Source: Gekko japonicus
Taxonomy: Eukaryota
Reading direction: 5' to 3'
Assembly: GCF_001447785.1 (NCBI RefSeq)
Contig: NW_015174288.1
Span: 254,262 to 318,261 of the forward strand
DNA length: 64,000 bases
The position numbers were made by a program, and so were the translations under genes. Shown piece after piece: positions 11,396-24,400 of this stretch. Within the stretch, counting starts at the first letter, position 1, and the number at the start of each line of letters is the position of its first letter. The notes under the pieces were generated by a model that saw only the letters and a list, made by a program, of their open reading frames with translations, searched no databases and had not been told where the DNA came from.

Positions 11396-13662
11396 CACAT
11401 TTGTACTTTAGCTACAAATTCTTCCACCCCAGGAAGGGTGACATTAATGATCACACTCCCTAGGTTGTTAGGTGTGGTGTACTTGATTTATTCACCAGCA
11501 GCAACTTATTGCCTTTCCTTCTATCCTAGCCTTTCAAGCTCACCATGTCTGTTAGGGAGACTTTAAGATGCATGTGGGGGATAGGTTTTGCAACTGAACA
11601 TGCTCCCGCATCTTTAAGGGCTGCTTGACACTAATTTAACAGGTAAATGTACCACATCTCTATGGCACATGCTTTCCCCTGCTTAACTGTTAATTCATAG
11701 GGCCATTAAAAAGAGTTAACAGTGCTAAATTATGGACAAAATGCTACCTCCCCATGACTTCCTGAAAGGAATGGCATGATCCGTGTCCCAGGAACTGCAG
11801 TCCAGCGTTATGAAATAAACCTATGTCTGCAAAGCAACTCTTTCACAAACTCCATAGATTACTAAGTCTTCATATGGGCTGTAGCATGATAAAGCAACCC
11901 CATTTCCTGAAATATCTGTTTTGTATCCAGATCTGGACAGCAGGTTGGGGATGCATCTGATTTTATTGGGAACTGTCAAGATGTCTGAGGAAACCCAGAT
12001 ATTGAAGTCAAAAGGGTAATTCCAAGTGGGGCCCATATTCCCCGCCCTTAGCTCATCCCAGCATTTCAGGTAGGAGACTGGTGAGGGATAGAACAAAATA
12101 TCCTAATTTGGGGGAGGAGCACAGTCTGGCATATTTATGAGCCAGATGGGATTTGAACAAGAAACAACTATGAGCTGAAATCACTTTAAAATATCAGAGC
12201 TGATGCAGACATAGCAATATCCAAAACTGCTCATGTGATGTGTGGATACACAGACCACAGCATCTCCTTCTAGGATTGGAAAATGTAACTCCAGCGGAGG
12301 AAAAAAAAATTAAAATGCCATTTCCCCTTAATGTTATTGTAGGAGTCCCCACTTCAGATACACTCTTTTTCACTAACAGTGCCATCCTAAGCTTATTGCC
12401 TATAATTCATTCCCTTTGCCATGGAGCCAAGGGCTACACATAGGCTTACCATTTACAACTCCCCAGCCTAAATTTCCTATCCCAGACGAATGGGAGAAAA
12501 ATGTCTCCACGCAGTGATACTCTAGGGGAGGCAGTCAAGAGCATCATCTGGCAGTGACATCACATCTTCTCAAACTCCACCCACCACAGGCACTGCCCCC
12601 CTAATCTCCTGGCATTTGTGCAGGCTGTGTTGGGAGCCATAGCTATACACAGAAGAATGACAGGCAAAGTACTGGCTTAACCACAGCCCTGTATTTGTTT
12701 CATTCACTTATTCTGCTCCTTAAAAGTGCCAATCACCAAGTCTATAGGATCACAAATAAGAGGATCACTATAAAATTTGTTCTAGATGCCCACCACCAGA
12801 GTAGGGTGGTATAGCTCTGCTGTAGAAAGGCCTTGTCAGACTACATAAAGCAAAAGGTTAAACGTTTATGTCAACATGGATCTTCAACTGGATTAGTCCC
12901 AAACAATCTGTTTCTCAAAAAGTGGGTTCTACCTCACAAAAGCTTCGGCAATTCAGTGCTGGGAAGTTTCATAGTACTATTCATTGTTTTGGCTGTGATT
13001 GAGTAACATGGCTAGCCTATTGGAGGCTGTCCATGGATCAACAGCTATCCTACAAAAAAATGATGCATTCTACAGAAGCCACACACCCCCTCCCATTGAA
13101 AGATGAAGTTTCTTCATATTCTGCTATAGGTCGGTCCACTTACCTGCAAGACAGCCTTAAGGAGCTCTTGAGAGGCAGCAGGTAGGGTAGCAGACAATGA
13201 GACAACAAGGTACATGACAATAAAGCAGACTTTATTGGAAGTGCCAGGGACCACAACAATCAAAGCCTTCCCAGAGAGCATGGGGTCTATGTGCGTGCTA
13301 CTAGACAACGGCTCAGCTAACAGTTCCTGCAGTGCCATCACCACAAAGGCATCACGGCAATCCTTCTTGGATATGTAGGCCATCACCCCGGATTCCAATC
13401 TGCTCACAACAGCTCCTGTTAGTCACCCTTCTATTCAGGGGCACACAACTTTGGGGGAAGGGAGATGCTTGTTAAGTGGTGGGCTAGGCAAAGGCAGGTC
13501 AGGTGGCTGCTCACCATGTACTATCCCACTGGGGAGGATGATGGGCTGTGCAAAATGCAGCAGCGGGCAAGAGGCGGCATCATTATTCCAAAGGCTTGCT
13601 GTTTGTCATCCAAGTCTGGCACCAGCCATCCTAAGGCGAGAAGTCCCAATTCACTTCCAGGC

Positions 13663-16600
13663 TCACCGTCCTTCCTTCCGCTCAGTGAGGATGTATTTGA
13701 AGAACTCATAAACAGACCAGGCAATGGCTGTGGAGGGCATCTGGTAAATGACGCGGGCCTGAACCCCACGGAAATAAGCCGTCAGCCCACCCACGCGGTA
13801 CACCGTCCTGAAGGCGTGAGCCATGCCCGTGATGTGCCCACTGATGTTGGTATTCAGTGCCAGGGCCTCCTGGGTGTTCAGCAGCGTTTTGCAAACGTCC
13901 AAAGGGGTGGTGGCGGCAGCAGCAATGGCACCTGCGCAGGCACCAGCCACCATATGAGAGCCAGGATGGTATTGTCTGTGGGGATTGAGGTGCTCCTGCA
14001 GGGATTCGTATGCCATGAAATGGATGGCCTGGAAGGGGATATTCATGGTCAGCTGAGTCGTGTAGCTTCGGTAAAAAGCTCCTGCCCCTTCGTTGCACCA
14101 AACAGCGCGCACACAGTCCGTTACACGCTGGTATGGAGAGTTGTACATCTGCATCCTCTGCTTTACCACTGGGGACAGATGACAGCAGCAGCCCAGCCAT
14201 GGGGAAAACAGAAAAGGACGGGGGAAGATAATGAGTACAGGGATCTGAGAATGGTGCATATTATACACTCCTACAGAACAGGGGTCCCCAACCTTTATGA
14301 ACCTGTGAGCACCTTTGGATTTCTGAGACAGGGTCCTGGGCACAACTACAAAATGGCTGCCACAGAAGGCAGAGCCCACCACAAAATGTCAAAACAGTAA
14401 GGTTATGCATAACTCTTCATAGTAACTCAACATTTTAGGCAGAAGCTCTGTTTAACAGAATGCCTGTCAAAATGAACGTATGGGCTTAAAATTTTTTTCA
14501 TGCATACTCACAGCTTATCTTCAGATATGCAGTGAAGATCCTTATGCTGTGGTGGCAGCTGCCGCCAATGAACATTTAAAGAAAAACCCTTACAGACAGT
14601 AATAAGATCTCCAGCGGCAAAAGCCCACCTGGACCCACTCACTCCATAAAAGTACTTGGTGAGAGCCAGAAAAGGTGTCACGTGGGCGCCACAGCCTCCA
14701 GGGATTGGGGACCTCTGCTATAGACAATTCTCATGTTGCTTGCTGGCTGGAACCCTCAAACGCATGAAGTGGGATGTAATTTACCAATCCAAGAAATTCC
14801 ACATTACAAGAACATCAATGACCAAGCACAGGAATTCACCACAGGTTCTACCACAACTCAGGAAAAGCCACTGATGCCCCAATCATTGAATTGTGGGAAA
14901 CTTAAAGAGGTTGTCCAATATGCTTTTTTGCTGCCAGATGCAAGTACAGAACACACCTAGGGAACCAGGTTTTAATGCTGTTCCCATATTTTGAATCAGC
15001 CATTTATAGGAGAGTAGGGAAACCAAACCATTCTTCTTGGTCAAGCCTGTTCCACATGGATCCAAGCAATACTCCTAGCCAATAACCTACTAGAAGTAAA
15101 ATGAGGAAAATGCCCCCTGGTGACAAGAAAGAGTAGAACAAGCTGCAGGAAAGTGGCAGCAGAGTGGGAAAGAAGCAGTGTTACCTTCTGCGGGGTTCAT
15201 GGCTGCATCATGAAGCAATGTTGCCACACAGCCTGCTGCACCTGCAAGACAAGGACTATTACATGTGAAGGGAAGAGATAAAGAGACCCACTAGGGTCCC
15301 AATGAGCCCCCGAATGTGCTGCCAAGGGAGTGGATGCAAGGATTAGAGATCTATGCATCCAAAAAAAGGAGATCATTAAGAAGTAAGCACCTACAGTTAA
15401 GAGGAAATAGCAAAAACCATCACTGCTCTACTACAGGCAAAGTATCCCCCTCTTAATCATAGCTTTTACTCGGAAAGATTCTTGTGGTGAGTCTTTCAAG
15501 CCTCTCAGGGTCCCCAGACCCCAGATCAGAGAAGTCATGCTTGTTCTGTAGGTAGTTATGACTCCACCTTCCTGCTGTCACATCCAGCAACTTTCAAAGC
15601 CTAAGCTGAGTAAAAAAAAAAACCCTACAAAAAACTAGGGCTCCAAACTAAATGCATCTTCTTATTAAGCAGGCTTTCAGTGGAGCATTAGAAGCACGCT
15701 ATCAACAAAGGGGTGTAAGCACACCAACTAAAGATTGCTGGAGCACATATGACAGCAAACATGGGGGTCCCTACACTTTCAGGCCAAGTTGTTAGAGAAA
15801 AGGAAATGTGAAGAATCCTGCTCAGCTCTGGAACTGTCCCGTGGAACAGTACTTCACAGGGATAGTGTTAAGGTCAAACAGAAACACATCCACCCCCTCT
15901 TACATCCCACTCACATACACATACACTCACAAACTGATGTGCTGTTTGCCTCACATGGAAATCTCAGCTGCCTGTCCCATCCCATCCCATTTTCATACAT
16001 ATGTGACTCTCAAAACACAACATTAAACTGTCTCACTGATTGTGCTTAGATATTCCTCTGAGCTAAGCTGAAAACAAAAGGACACAAGAGCATCAGTGGG
16101 GCATGAACTTCAGAGAGCAGTGGTGTCAAAGCAGCCTAGCATTCAGCTCTACCCATCTCACTTTCAGCCCCAGCTGGCAACACAGGTGGCCCCTGGGAGG
16201 GGCAAGGACATAGGAAGGGACAATACCGTTGGCCAAGTGACTATTGCCCCCAGCATGGATAATGTCGGTAAGTGTCTTTTTCAACTTTTCGTAGCAGGCG
16301 AAGTATAAGGCATGGGCAGGGCCAGCCCCTGTGGCTGTGATGTTCAGCCCCCGCATGGGCCGCCAGATTCCTTCAGTTCGCATGATCCGCCACAGGCCCT
16401 CCAGCACATTCCGGTAGCGAGCTGCAGGTTCGGGTTGCAGGCTCTGCATCCTTGTCTGCCAGAGGAGGAAGGGGAATTGGTTAGACACACTTATCCAAGG
16501 ACGTCCTCCCCACCGTGGCTCTAACTTCACTTAAAACACCTTTAAGTTGTCTGAGTGCTGAACCACATGCTCTGCCCGCATGCTCAGCAGCGACCTTTGC

Positions 16601-17410
16601 AGCTGAATTTGGGTCAACGGTTTTCCCACTGGGTGGACAGTAGCACCCACCTAATCCCTTCCATTTCAAGCTTCAGCCAAATTTCTGGAAGCAAGAGTAC
16701 TCCTTATAACAGACATAAGGGAAACAGGCAGTATTCTTGCCTACCGCTGGCTACAAGCCTCAAGTATCGTTACACATTCCCATATCGGCAGTTCCTTACT
16801 GACTTCTGGTGTCCAACTGCAAGGAACAAACGACCTACAGATCCCTCCCAACAGCATAACTCTCTCCCTCCACCCGTTGACATTCGCCCCGGACAACTCT
16901 CTGGTCCAGACTAACCGTTTCTTCGCTCAAACCCAATCGAGCCGAACCAGGTCCCAACAGGGAAGAGGGCTCCCCCCAGAGAGAGCTGCCTGGCCCCAGA
17001 TTCTAGCGGTGTCCCGAGAGCCCCCAGTTCTGCACACCAAGCGCCTCATCACTACCCGACCGTCCGGGCCCCGATCCCCACCGCTCTCTCTCTCTCTCTC
17101 GCTCGCACATCTCCCGGCGCTACCGCTTCTCGGCGCCTGTACTCACCTTGACACAGTCCACCGGATACATGAGGCTGTGCTCCATCACCCCAGCCACAGC
17201 ACCAGCCAACATGTGGGTGGAAACCGCGGAGCCGCGTGGGAGGGCCTCATAGTCCGGCTCCGGGCCGGTCTCGGTACCCGTCCCTGCCCCACCCTCCCCG
17301 CCGCCCCCCGGGGACCACGCCCAGCCCGGCCCTCCGCCACCCCCAAGGCGGACCGGCTCCGCCCCGTCACTCTGCCGGGGCCCAGCCGCGCCGCCCGCCC
17401 CCAGCTCCAT
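13663..17410 (-). CDS. SLC25A28: Mitoferrin-2, mitochondrial iron carrier (4 coding exons, 351 aa)
   Basis: Exons are 17410-17147, 16455-16227, 15241-15185 and 14168-13663, all GT-AG and in phase. The protein has PDYEALP...[27 protein letters not shown], three PX[D/E]XX[K/R] carrier repeats and a Gly-rich N-terminus like MFRN2. A minus-strand AATAAA lies at 13236-13231. Confidence 0.96.
14279..14717. mobile_element. hAT-type non-autonomous DNA transposon (MITE) in SLC25A28 intron 3
   Basis: TIRs CAGGGGTCCCCAA / TTGGGGACCTCTG with imperfect 8-bp flanks ctacagaa/ctatagac. A related copy lies at 48185-48530. Confidence 0.75.
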
Positions 17411-18230
17411 GGCGCCTCCGTCGAGTCCGCTGCGGGCCGCCTACTCGCTCCTACAGCTCCCGCTCTCTTCGCCCCGCCCATGCTAGTCGCTTATTGGTCA
17501 GTGTCTAGTTTCGCATCGCCCAAACCCGCCGTTCATTGGTCATCTGAGACTCCGGTTAGCTTGCATTGGATAATGCCAATCTTGTCGCTCGCCTATCCAG
17601 AGAACACATTGGGCAACTCTTGTTTGACCTTTCATTCTTCCCTCCTCAGTGGCCTCTATTTCCTCAATAGGTGCTTCAAAGTCCAAAGAAGGCGTGGTCT
17701 TATTGGCCATGACGACTGCTACTTAGAATGACAGACTCGGCAGTAAAGGTCCGCGAAGTGTTACTCTGGCGCGTGCGGTTTGTTTGTAGACCCTGGTTGG
17801 TTTGTTTTTAGTGATGACGTCGAAGTATATGGCTTTGCATAGAGAGCAAGAGGAACTGGTGGAGGGCTTGGATGGGAAATCACGCTGGTCTTCGAAGTGA
17901 CGACAGGGCGCCTGCGCCGCTCGGGGCAGATTGGGCAACATTCTGCATGACGTCCTTCAAGAAAGGGGGTCTTTCCGGTGGATTGGTCCAGATGCTGTGA
18001 CGTGTCAGAGATTACAGAACGATGCCTACCGAAAGTCTCGGTTTCTGTCCTGGGAATTGTGGCATAGCTTCTGGAATGCCGGCGGATTGGCTACCTGGCG
18101 GTCGGAGGCGGAGTTGAAACTCCCGGGTTCGATCCACAACGTCAGCTCTAGTGATTCCCCTACTGCCGTTGACGGTTGGGGACGTGGCTGAAGTTTGGGC
18201 TTCGAGCGGTGAAGGAGACCGGTGAGGAGT
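17411..18230. promoter_or_regulatory. Bidirectional CpG-island promoter SLC25A28 / ENTPD7
   Basis: The two genes are head-to-head. There are many ATTGG/CCAAT boxes (~17493, 17535, 17565, 17576, 17702, 17930, 17982, 18087) and TGACGT CRE-like sites (~17815, 17948, 17998). Confidence 0.75.
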
Positions 18231-18486
18231 GGCATGTTTAAATTCGTGGTGACAGAGGATGTCCTGGGAGGGAATCGTGGTGCCCATCACTCTGGTGGCG
18301 GGTCGGTCTCCTTCCATGCCGAGCCGGGTCTCTTGCTGCCGCATCGAGAGAGAGCCCCACTTAGTCGGCAATCGCTCGCTTCTTTTTCAGGTTCCAGGAC
18401 TTCATATTTCTAGAGGGCAAAGAGATGCAACTTCCTCCGGGAGACCGCAGAGGAGATTAACCGTGTTTAGGAACTAGGGCAAGCAC

Positions 18487-21400
18487 ATGGCCAGGTGAGA
18501 TCCGGGAATGCAGATCCAACCTCCAAATTATCTGCCTCGTTTCCTTCCTGGTGTTGCAGCCTCTTTACAGGCTAGCCGTGTGTATCTTCTGGGGAGAAGA
18601 GGATTGGAAGCAGGCTGCTAATCAACGTCTTGGAGACTTTAATGGAAAATATCCCTTACCTGCAGCTGCTCTGTTGCTCCAGGAAGCTGTTTGTTTGAGC
18701 TGTCAAAAATCTTAAAATTGGCTAGTAGCCAGGAAAGCTTAAAAATCAAGTTAGCTGCTCCTTAAATTATATAGCAGAGTAGAATAGTAGTTTCAAAGTC
18801 AGGATGGAATATGAATCCATATGTATTGTTTGGATAGTGGTGGAAGAAACACTTCCTTTCTAACAGGGAAAATAGACCATGCACAGTGGTCAGGACAGCA
18901 CCTTTAAAAAGAAATAGAGTTGTAGTCTACTGCAACGATTATCATAGGTATTGTCTTGCTTTTACTACACTGTTTTGTGTCTCTGTAATTCTATTTTCTG
19001 CATTGTTTATAGTATATTTTGCTGCAGGCAGTTTTTGTTTGTTGTGTTTTCCACTTCTGTATCCCTAGCCTTTTTGCATTATTTATTGTTTTATGTATCT
19101 GACTGCATTGTTTTAGATTCTGTAATCTGCCTTGAGTCACAGTGAGAATGGTCAACTGTAAATAAAGTAAATCAATAAACACAACAGACAGCAATTCAAA
19201 ACCAGTAGCAATGTAATACCTTTGACTAACCAAAATAGAGAGGACAAGATTTCAGCTTCCTGAGGACTTCTCATCAGGCTGAATGCTAAGTATGGAAAGG
19301 CAGGTAGGAAGAATTCAGGGCATATTGGAAGAACCTGAAAGGCTGCATCTTTCTTAAAGTGAAGATCTGGAAATTTTGTGGACTTGATTAGATTTCATTG
19401 TTCTGGGTGAAAATCGGGTTGTGATTTTCTAGGAAGAAGGAAAAGTGAAGTCTCTCTCATTTGAAAAAAAAAAATCAGCAATCCATCAGAAGCAACGTAT
19501 ATGCCCTTATCTGTGCTTGAACTGAGTTCAGTCTGACTTGTTTCCAAATGTGTTTAGGGTTGTTACCAAAGTGACTGACTGGCAAGCTCATATAGTATGG
19601 CCCAGATGGCCTGCTGATATGTATGGCTCTGTTTGAAATGGAAGCATTCCTATCATTTGGAATATTCTTGTGGATCCAGAGTGCCCAAATGCTCCTTGTT
19701 GTATCCCCAAATGCATACTGTGACTGTGACTTATCGGAAAAAAAGGATTTCTCCTGTTCAAAACTGTGCACAGTGCAGATTTCTTTGCAGGATGTAAGGA
19801 GTATCTGAATGTGGGTTTCTCTGGTTATTGTATTGGCAAGGATAGAGGCTGACTGCTAAACTAACAACTCTTATCTTTCTATTCCAGGTTCTGTGTTTCC
19901 TGCCTGTGTCCAGCATGTTGGCACTTCACTGTACCTTTAGTGAGTCTTTGTCCCCGTCAGCGCCTAGTACTATTGGCCCTTTTTCTGGGAGCCAGTTTTG
20001 TGCTGCTTGCAGCCACTGCAAATCTTTGGCATTGGAGGGCTTTTGGCACTCAGGACAGGCAGTTTGAAAGGTGGGTGAGTAGGATCACTAACTCCATCTT
20101 GGGAAATTCTTTAAGATTTCTGGGTGGTGCTTGGGGAGGGGAGGGTTTGGGGAGTCTGTCCTCCAAAGCATCAGGGAAACTGATATATGTAATCTGGAGA
20201 TCATTTGCAATTCCAGGCTTTACCTGGAAGTTGGCAATCCTAGTCTGGCATGGAACAAACCTTTAGAAACCTGCTAAGGAATGGTATCAACCCTGATTGC
20301 AGAGATTGAATTTTCCTGGAAATGGTGGCAAACCATCCAACTGGGCAAGGTTGGTTTTTTTAGGGTTTTTTGCTGGAGTGGGCCAATCACCACAGCTTCT
20401 TTGTCAAGAGTACAAGTCCAGAAGCACTGGAAGAGAACTGGCTTCTACTGACTGCATTTAGTGTTAGCAAAGCCTAAGCAATGGGTTGCTTCCGATATAA
20501 GTTAGTTTTAGAACATGTAGTAGGAAGTCATTTATTTATTTATTTATCATTCGATTTATATACCGCCCTAACCCCCCCATGGGGGTCATCTTTAGACTCT
20601 TGAAATGCACAAAGACTGAAGCTTTAATTATGGGTCAAATGGATTTTGTCTCTGAGAGATGGTCAGCCTCTAGCCCTGCTTGGGTCCCCACTGCGGAGAC
20701 TGTACTTTTCCTAGGTAGAGGCTGCAAGTGGGGGGGGGATGGAAAGCTGAAGTCAGTGGGGCAGATAACGGTAGTTTGATGGTTAGCTGGGAAGGAGATA
20801 GTGTTGCCACCTCCAGGTTGGGAAATTCCTGATTTGAGGGGTGGAGCCTGGAAAGGGTGGGGTTTGAGGAGGGGTGGGACCTCAGACAGGTACAATGCCA
20901 TAGACTCCCCCCTGCAAACCAGCCATTTCCTCCTGGGGAATCACTGTTGTCAATCTCCAGGTGAGGGCTGGAGATAACTCAGAATTACAACTGCTCTTCA
21001 GGTGGCAGAGATCAGTTCCCCTGGAGAAAACAGTGGACTCTGTGTCATTATACCCTGCTGAGGTCACCACAGCAAATTGATGCTGAGTGCCCAAGGCCAG
21101 GGCACCTGCTCAGAGCCTCTTTTTAGAGCTCATTGTATTAATTTCCACAATGGGCCTTATTCCTAGTATGTCATATTACCCATTCTACTGGGAGCTGTTT
21201 GGTCCTCTTGTTAGGGCAGCACTTCTTTTGTCTTGATCACCTGTTGGGAAGGAGCCTCCTGCACTTGATCCAGGTGGCATGTTCTCACTGGCAGAGGAGG
21301 AAAAGGATGGGGGAGGGGGATGCCAAGGTCAAGAGAAGATCAACAAGGGCAAAGACCTTCCCAGTGTGTGTTGGGCGGGGGGGGGCTGACCTGGCTGTTC

Positions 21401-24400
21401 TTAAGCTGGTGCAATACTGGCTATACGCTGAATTTGTGAATGAGATTTTCCTCTGCAGTGGTAGTTTGTACAGAAGACTTATCTTCCGCAAATCTTCATG
21501 GCACTTCCTAACTGGACCTCACCCCCAAGAAAAGATGCTCTTCAACTTCTCATTTGCACACAGCATGGCAAGTCTGTAGCTACAATATATGACTTGTATC
21601 CTGCAATGAGTAGCATGTCCTTGGGTGAAGGGTAGCCATATTAGTCTGTTGTAGCAAAATAAACTCAAAGGCCATGGGCACTTGAAAAACTAACAGCATT
21701 TATTTCAATATGCGCTTCCATGAGTCACAGCCCAATTCCTTGGATAGGTGAAGGGAAAACACTTTTATGACAATTCACCTCACCCACACCTTTATATAGG
21801 CTCTTATATATTCTGGCAAAAAGTGTTGCTTTTTTGGTTGTCCCTTAAGTTGCCACCAGCTCTTCTCTGCTATACAAACTCCGTATTATACCACAGACAG
21901 CGAGAGACAACAAGCTACTCATAAAAAAACCAGAAAAGGAATAGCTTTAACATTTTTAAATAGCTTTAGCATTAGTGTGATGGTGCCGGAAGGGGACAAT
22001 TATTTGCATTTCTATTTGTAACATGATACCTGAAGGAACTGGATGACAGAGGGCCATTGTTCATTGGCAAGCTACCTTTTTCAAAGCAGTCCTAGTAAGC
22101 TGCTAGTTAGTGATGCAGATTCTGATTTAGGATCTCTCTAACACTGATGGTTAGGTGGGAAATGTTTACTAAACTCTGCTAGGGGCAGCGCAACAGCTTC
22201 CCTTTGAAGAATGAGAGTCATCAGATGTACTTACTCTGTACTTTATACTCTGTGACACACTTGTACTTTATACTCTGTGACTCACTTGTACTTTATACTC
22301 TGTGACACACTTGCAGGTGTCACAAATATAAGGATACATCATTTTAAGACAGGAAAAGTCTTTTGCATTTGGCATCTTCAAAACAAGATTCTCTCAGCTT
22401 GTTGTTATGAAAGCAGGTTGGATTCTGGTTGGAATTATATCAAAAGGGAGTTTTCCTTGGCAGCATGTTAAATATTGCATTTGCATAACTTCTTGAGAAC
22501 AGTAGTTGTGCCATTTCCATCAAGATCAGAAGTGCTCATGAAAGATAAATGATATAAATATAAAGATATAAATGCAGCTAATGTTGATTTGATATGGATT
22601 CTTGATTAGAGGGGATTTTTTCCTGGGACCTTGTTCATTGGCTCCTTCAGAACTCAGATGGATTGAAACCTTAGATCTGTATGATTTTTTTCTCTGTTTT
22701 CTGTGGTCCTGGTTCTGGGAGTGTGGCCTTAGTTGCTCTCTGTGGCTTGTCTGGTCCCACCATGTGGTAGTCTTCTCCTCCATTTCCCCTTTTTCATGAA
22801 TGCTGATTAGCTAAATTAAAACAAAGGAGGGTTATGGCCTGCCTCCTGTAATAGGAGCTTCTGTTCCTAGCAGGCTTGGCTTTTTCTTTCTTATGGACAA
22901 AATGCAATGGTCTTTTACATCCATGAGCTCTTAGGTCTGTGGGGAGTCCAGCTGGAATATCTGTAGTGATGGTTATCCTAGATATGGTTACCACATGACA
23001 TTCTAGGTTGTATGTGCTATGGATAGAGTTCAGAATCTGTTCTAGGAACACAGGCTTTGCTAAAATGGCACCTGCTGGATAGCTGAATGCTCAGGTATGT
23101 TGTGCCTTCTCCAAAGCCAGGACTTTTGGCCCTATTGCAGGTATCAAACCTCTGCTTTGTTTCAGATGGGCTATATGAAGGTGACGAAGCTGTGCTGAGT
23201 GACTTGTGAATTTTCTTCAGGGCAAGCAGGGGGATCAAGATCAATAAGAACTGCCTGATGTCTCTGGAGAGCCCACTAACTCAGTTAGCATTCTTGCCTG
23301 CAGTGCAGAAGGAGATGGTGTGGCCTCCAGCCCCTCTCCGATTACGCTAACTAGGCAGCACAGAGGGTGAATGGCCCATCTTGGCATCAGCTCTCTGAGC
23401 CCTGAGGAGCGGAGGCCAGGGCCTCAGAGAATCCAAAAAGCTTTCATTCTGCTTCTGCATGTAGCAATGGGAGCCTCCACAGGGACTAGCTGCATACGCC
23501 TGGTCAGCATTTCCTGCAGTAATCATGAAGGAGCAATAGAGGCATTTTCTGTTCTTGTGGTTAAAGCAGTAATGTAAAAATGGGCTGCCTCTGAAAACAT
23601 AAGGCAAACAGACATTGTACAGGAGTGCAGCGAATCCCTTGGGGGGCACGGGAGAGCCTGACTGTGCTCAGTAGTTAGACAGAAAAGTCCCTGTAAAGAG
23701 AAGAGCTGACCTCTGGAGAGCTCTGGGCTTCAAACTGTGACTGGCACAAGGGGGCAGAGGTCTGCCACAAGAAGCCTGAAGCCACCCAGAACACTGCTTT
23801 GGAAGAGAGTGGAGGCAGAACAGGCCCATTAAGATTCTGAAGGAGTGCTAAAGCTGAGACCTGTTAAGGCTGAGGTCCTGTTGAGCCAGTGCAGTGTAGT
23901 GGTCAAAGGATCAGGCTAACATCTGGAAGAGCCACGTTTGAATCTCCACTCTGCCATGGCAGTCTTTCTAGGTGACCTGGGGCCAGTCACACACTCTCAA
24001 GGTTGTTGTGAGGATAAAATTGAGAAGGTTGTTGTGAGGATAAATTGATGTAAGTCACTTTGAGTCCCCACTGAGGGGACAAAGGATATCAACGGAATTT
24101 TTTAAAAAAAATTGGGTTTGACAGTGCAGGAATACTGGCAGTTAAACCGTATAGTGGGAAGACTTCTCTTAGTAAGGCTCTGTGCTACTTGCTTGCGAAC
24201 AGATTCAAGGAACGGGTTTCTCCAGCTGCACCTCCATTCAAACGGGTGCCTCTGTTTCATTTCCATAGCAGAGACTATCATGCTGTCTACGTCTTTCCCC
24301 TTCTCTTTGGCATGATGTCCAGAGCCATAAGGAAGCTTCTTTGGAACACTGATGCAGCCTTTTATGCTTGGTTTTGGTCTCTCTCAGTCACATGAAGGCT

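Noticed and set aside
13520-13545. CAGTG in the SLC25A28 3' UTR as a possible iron-responsive element
   Set aside because: The flanks do not form the 5-bp upper stem with a bulged C required of an IRE.
13465-14400. 311-aa plus-strand ORF
   Set aside because: Antisense shadow of SLC25A28 exon 4 extending into a MITE.
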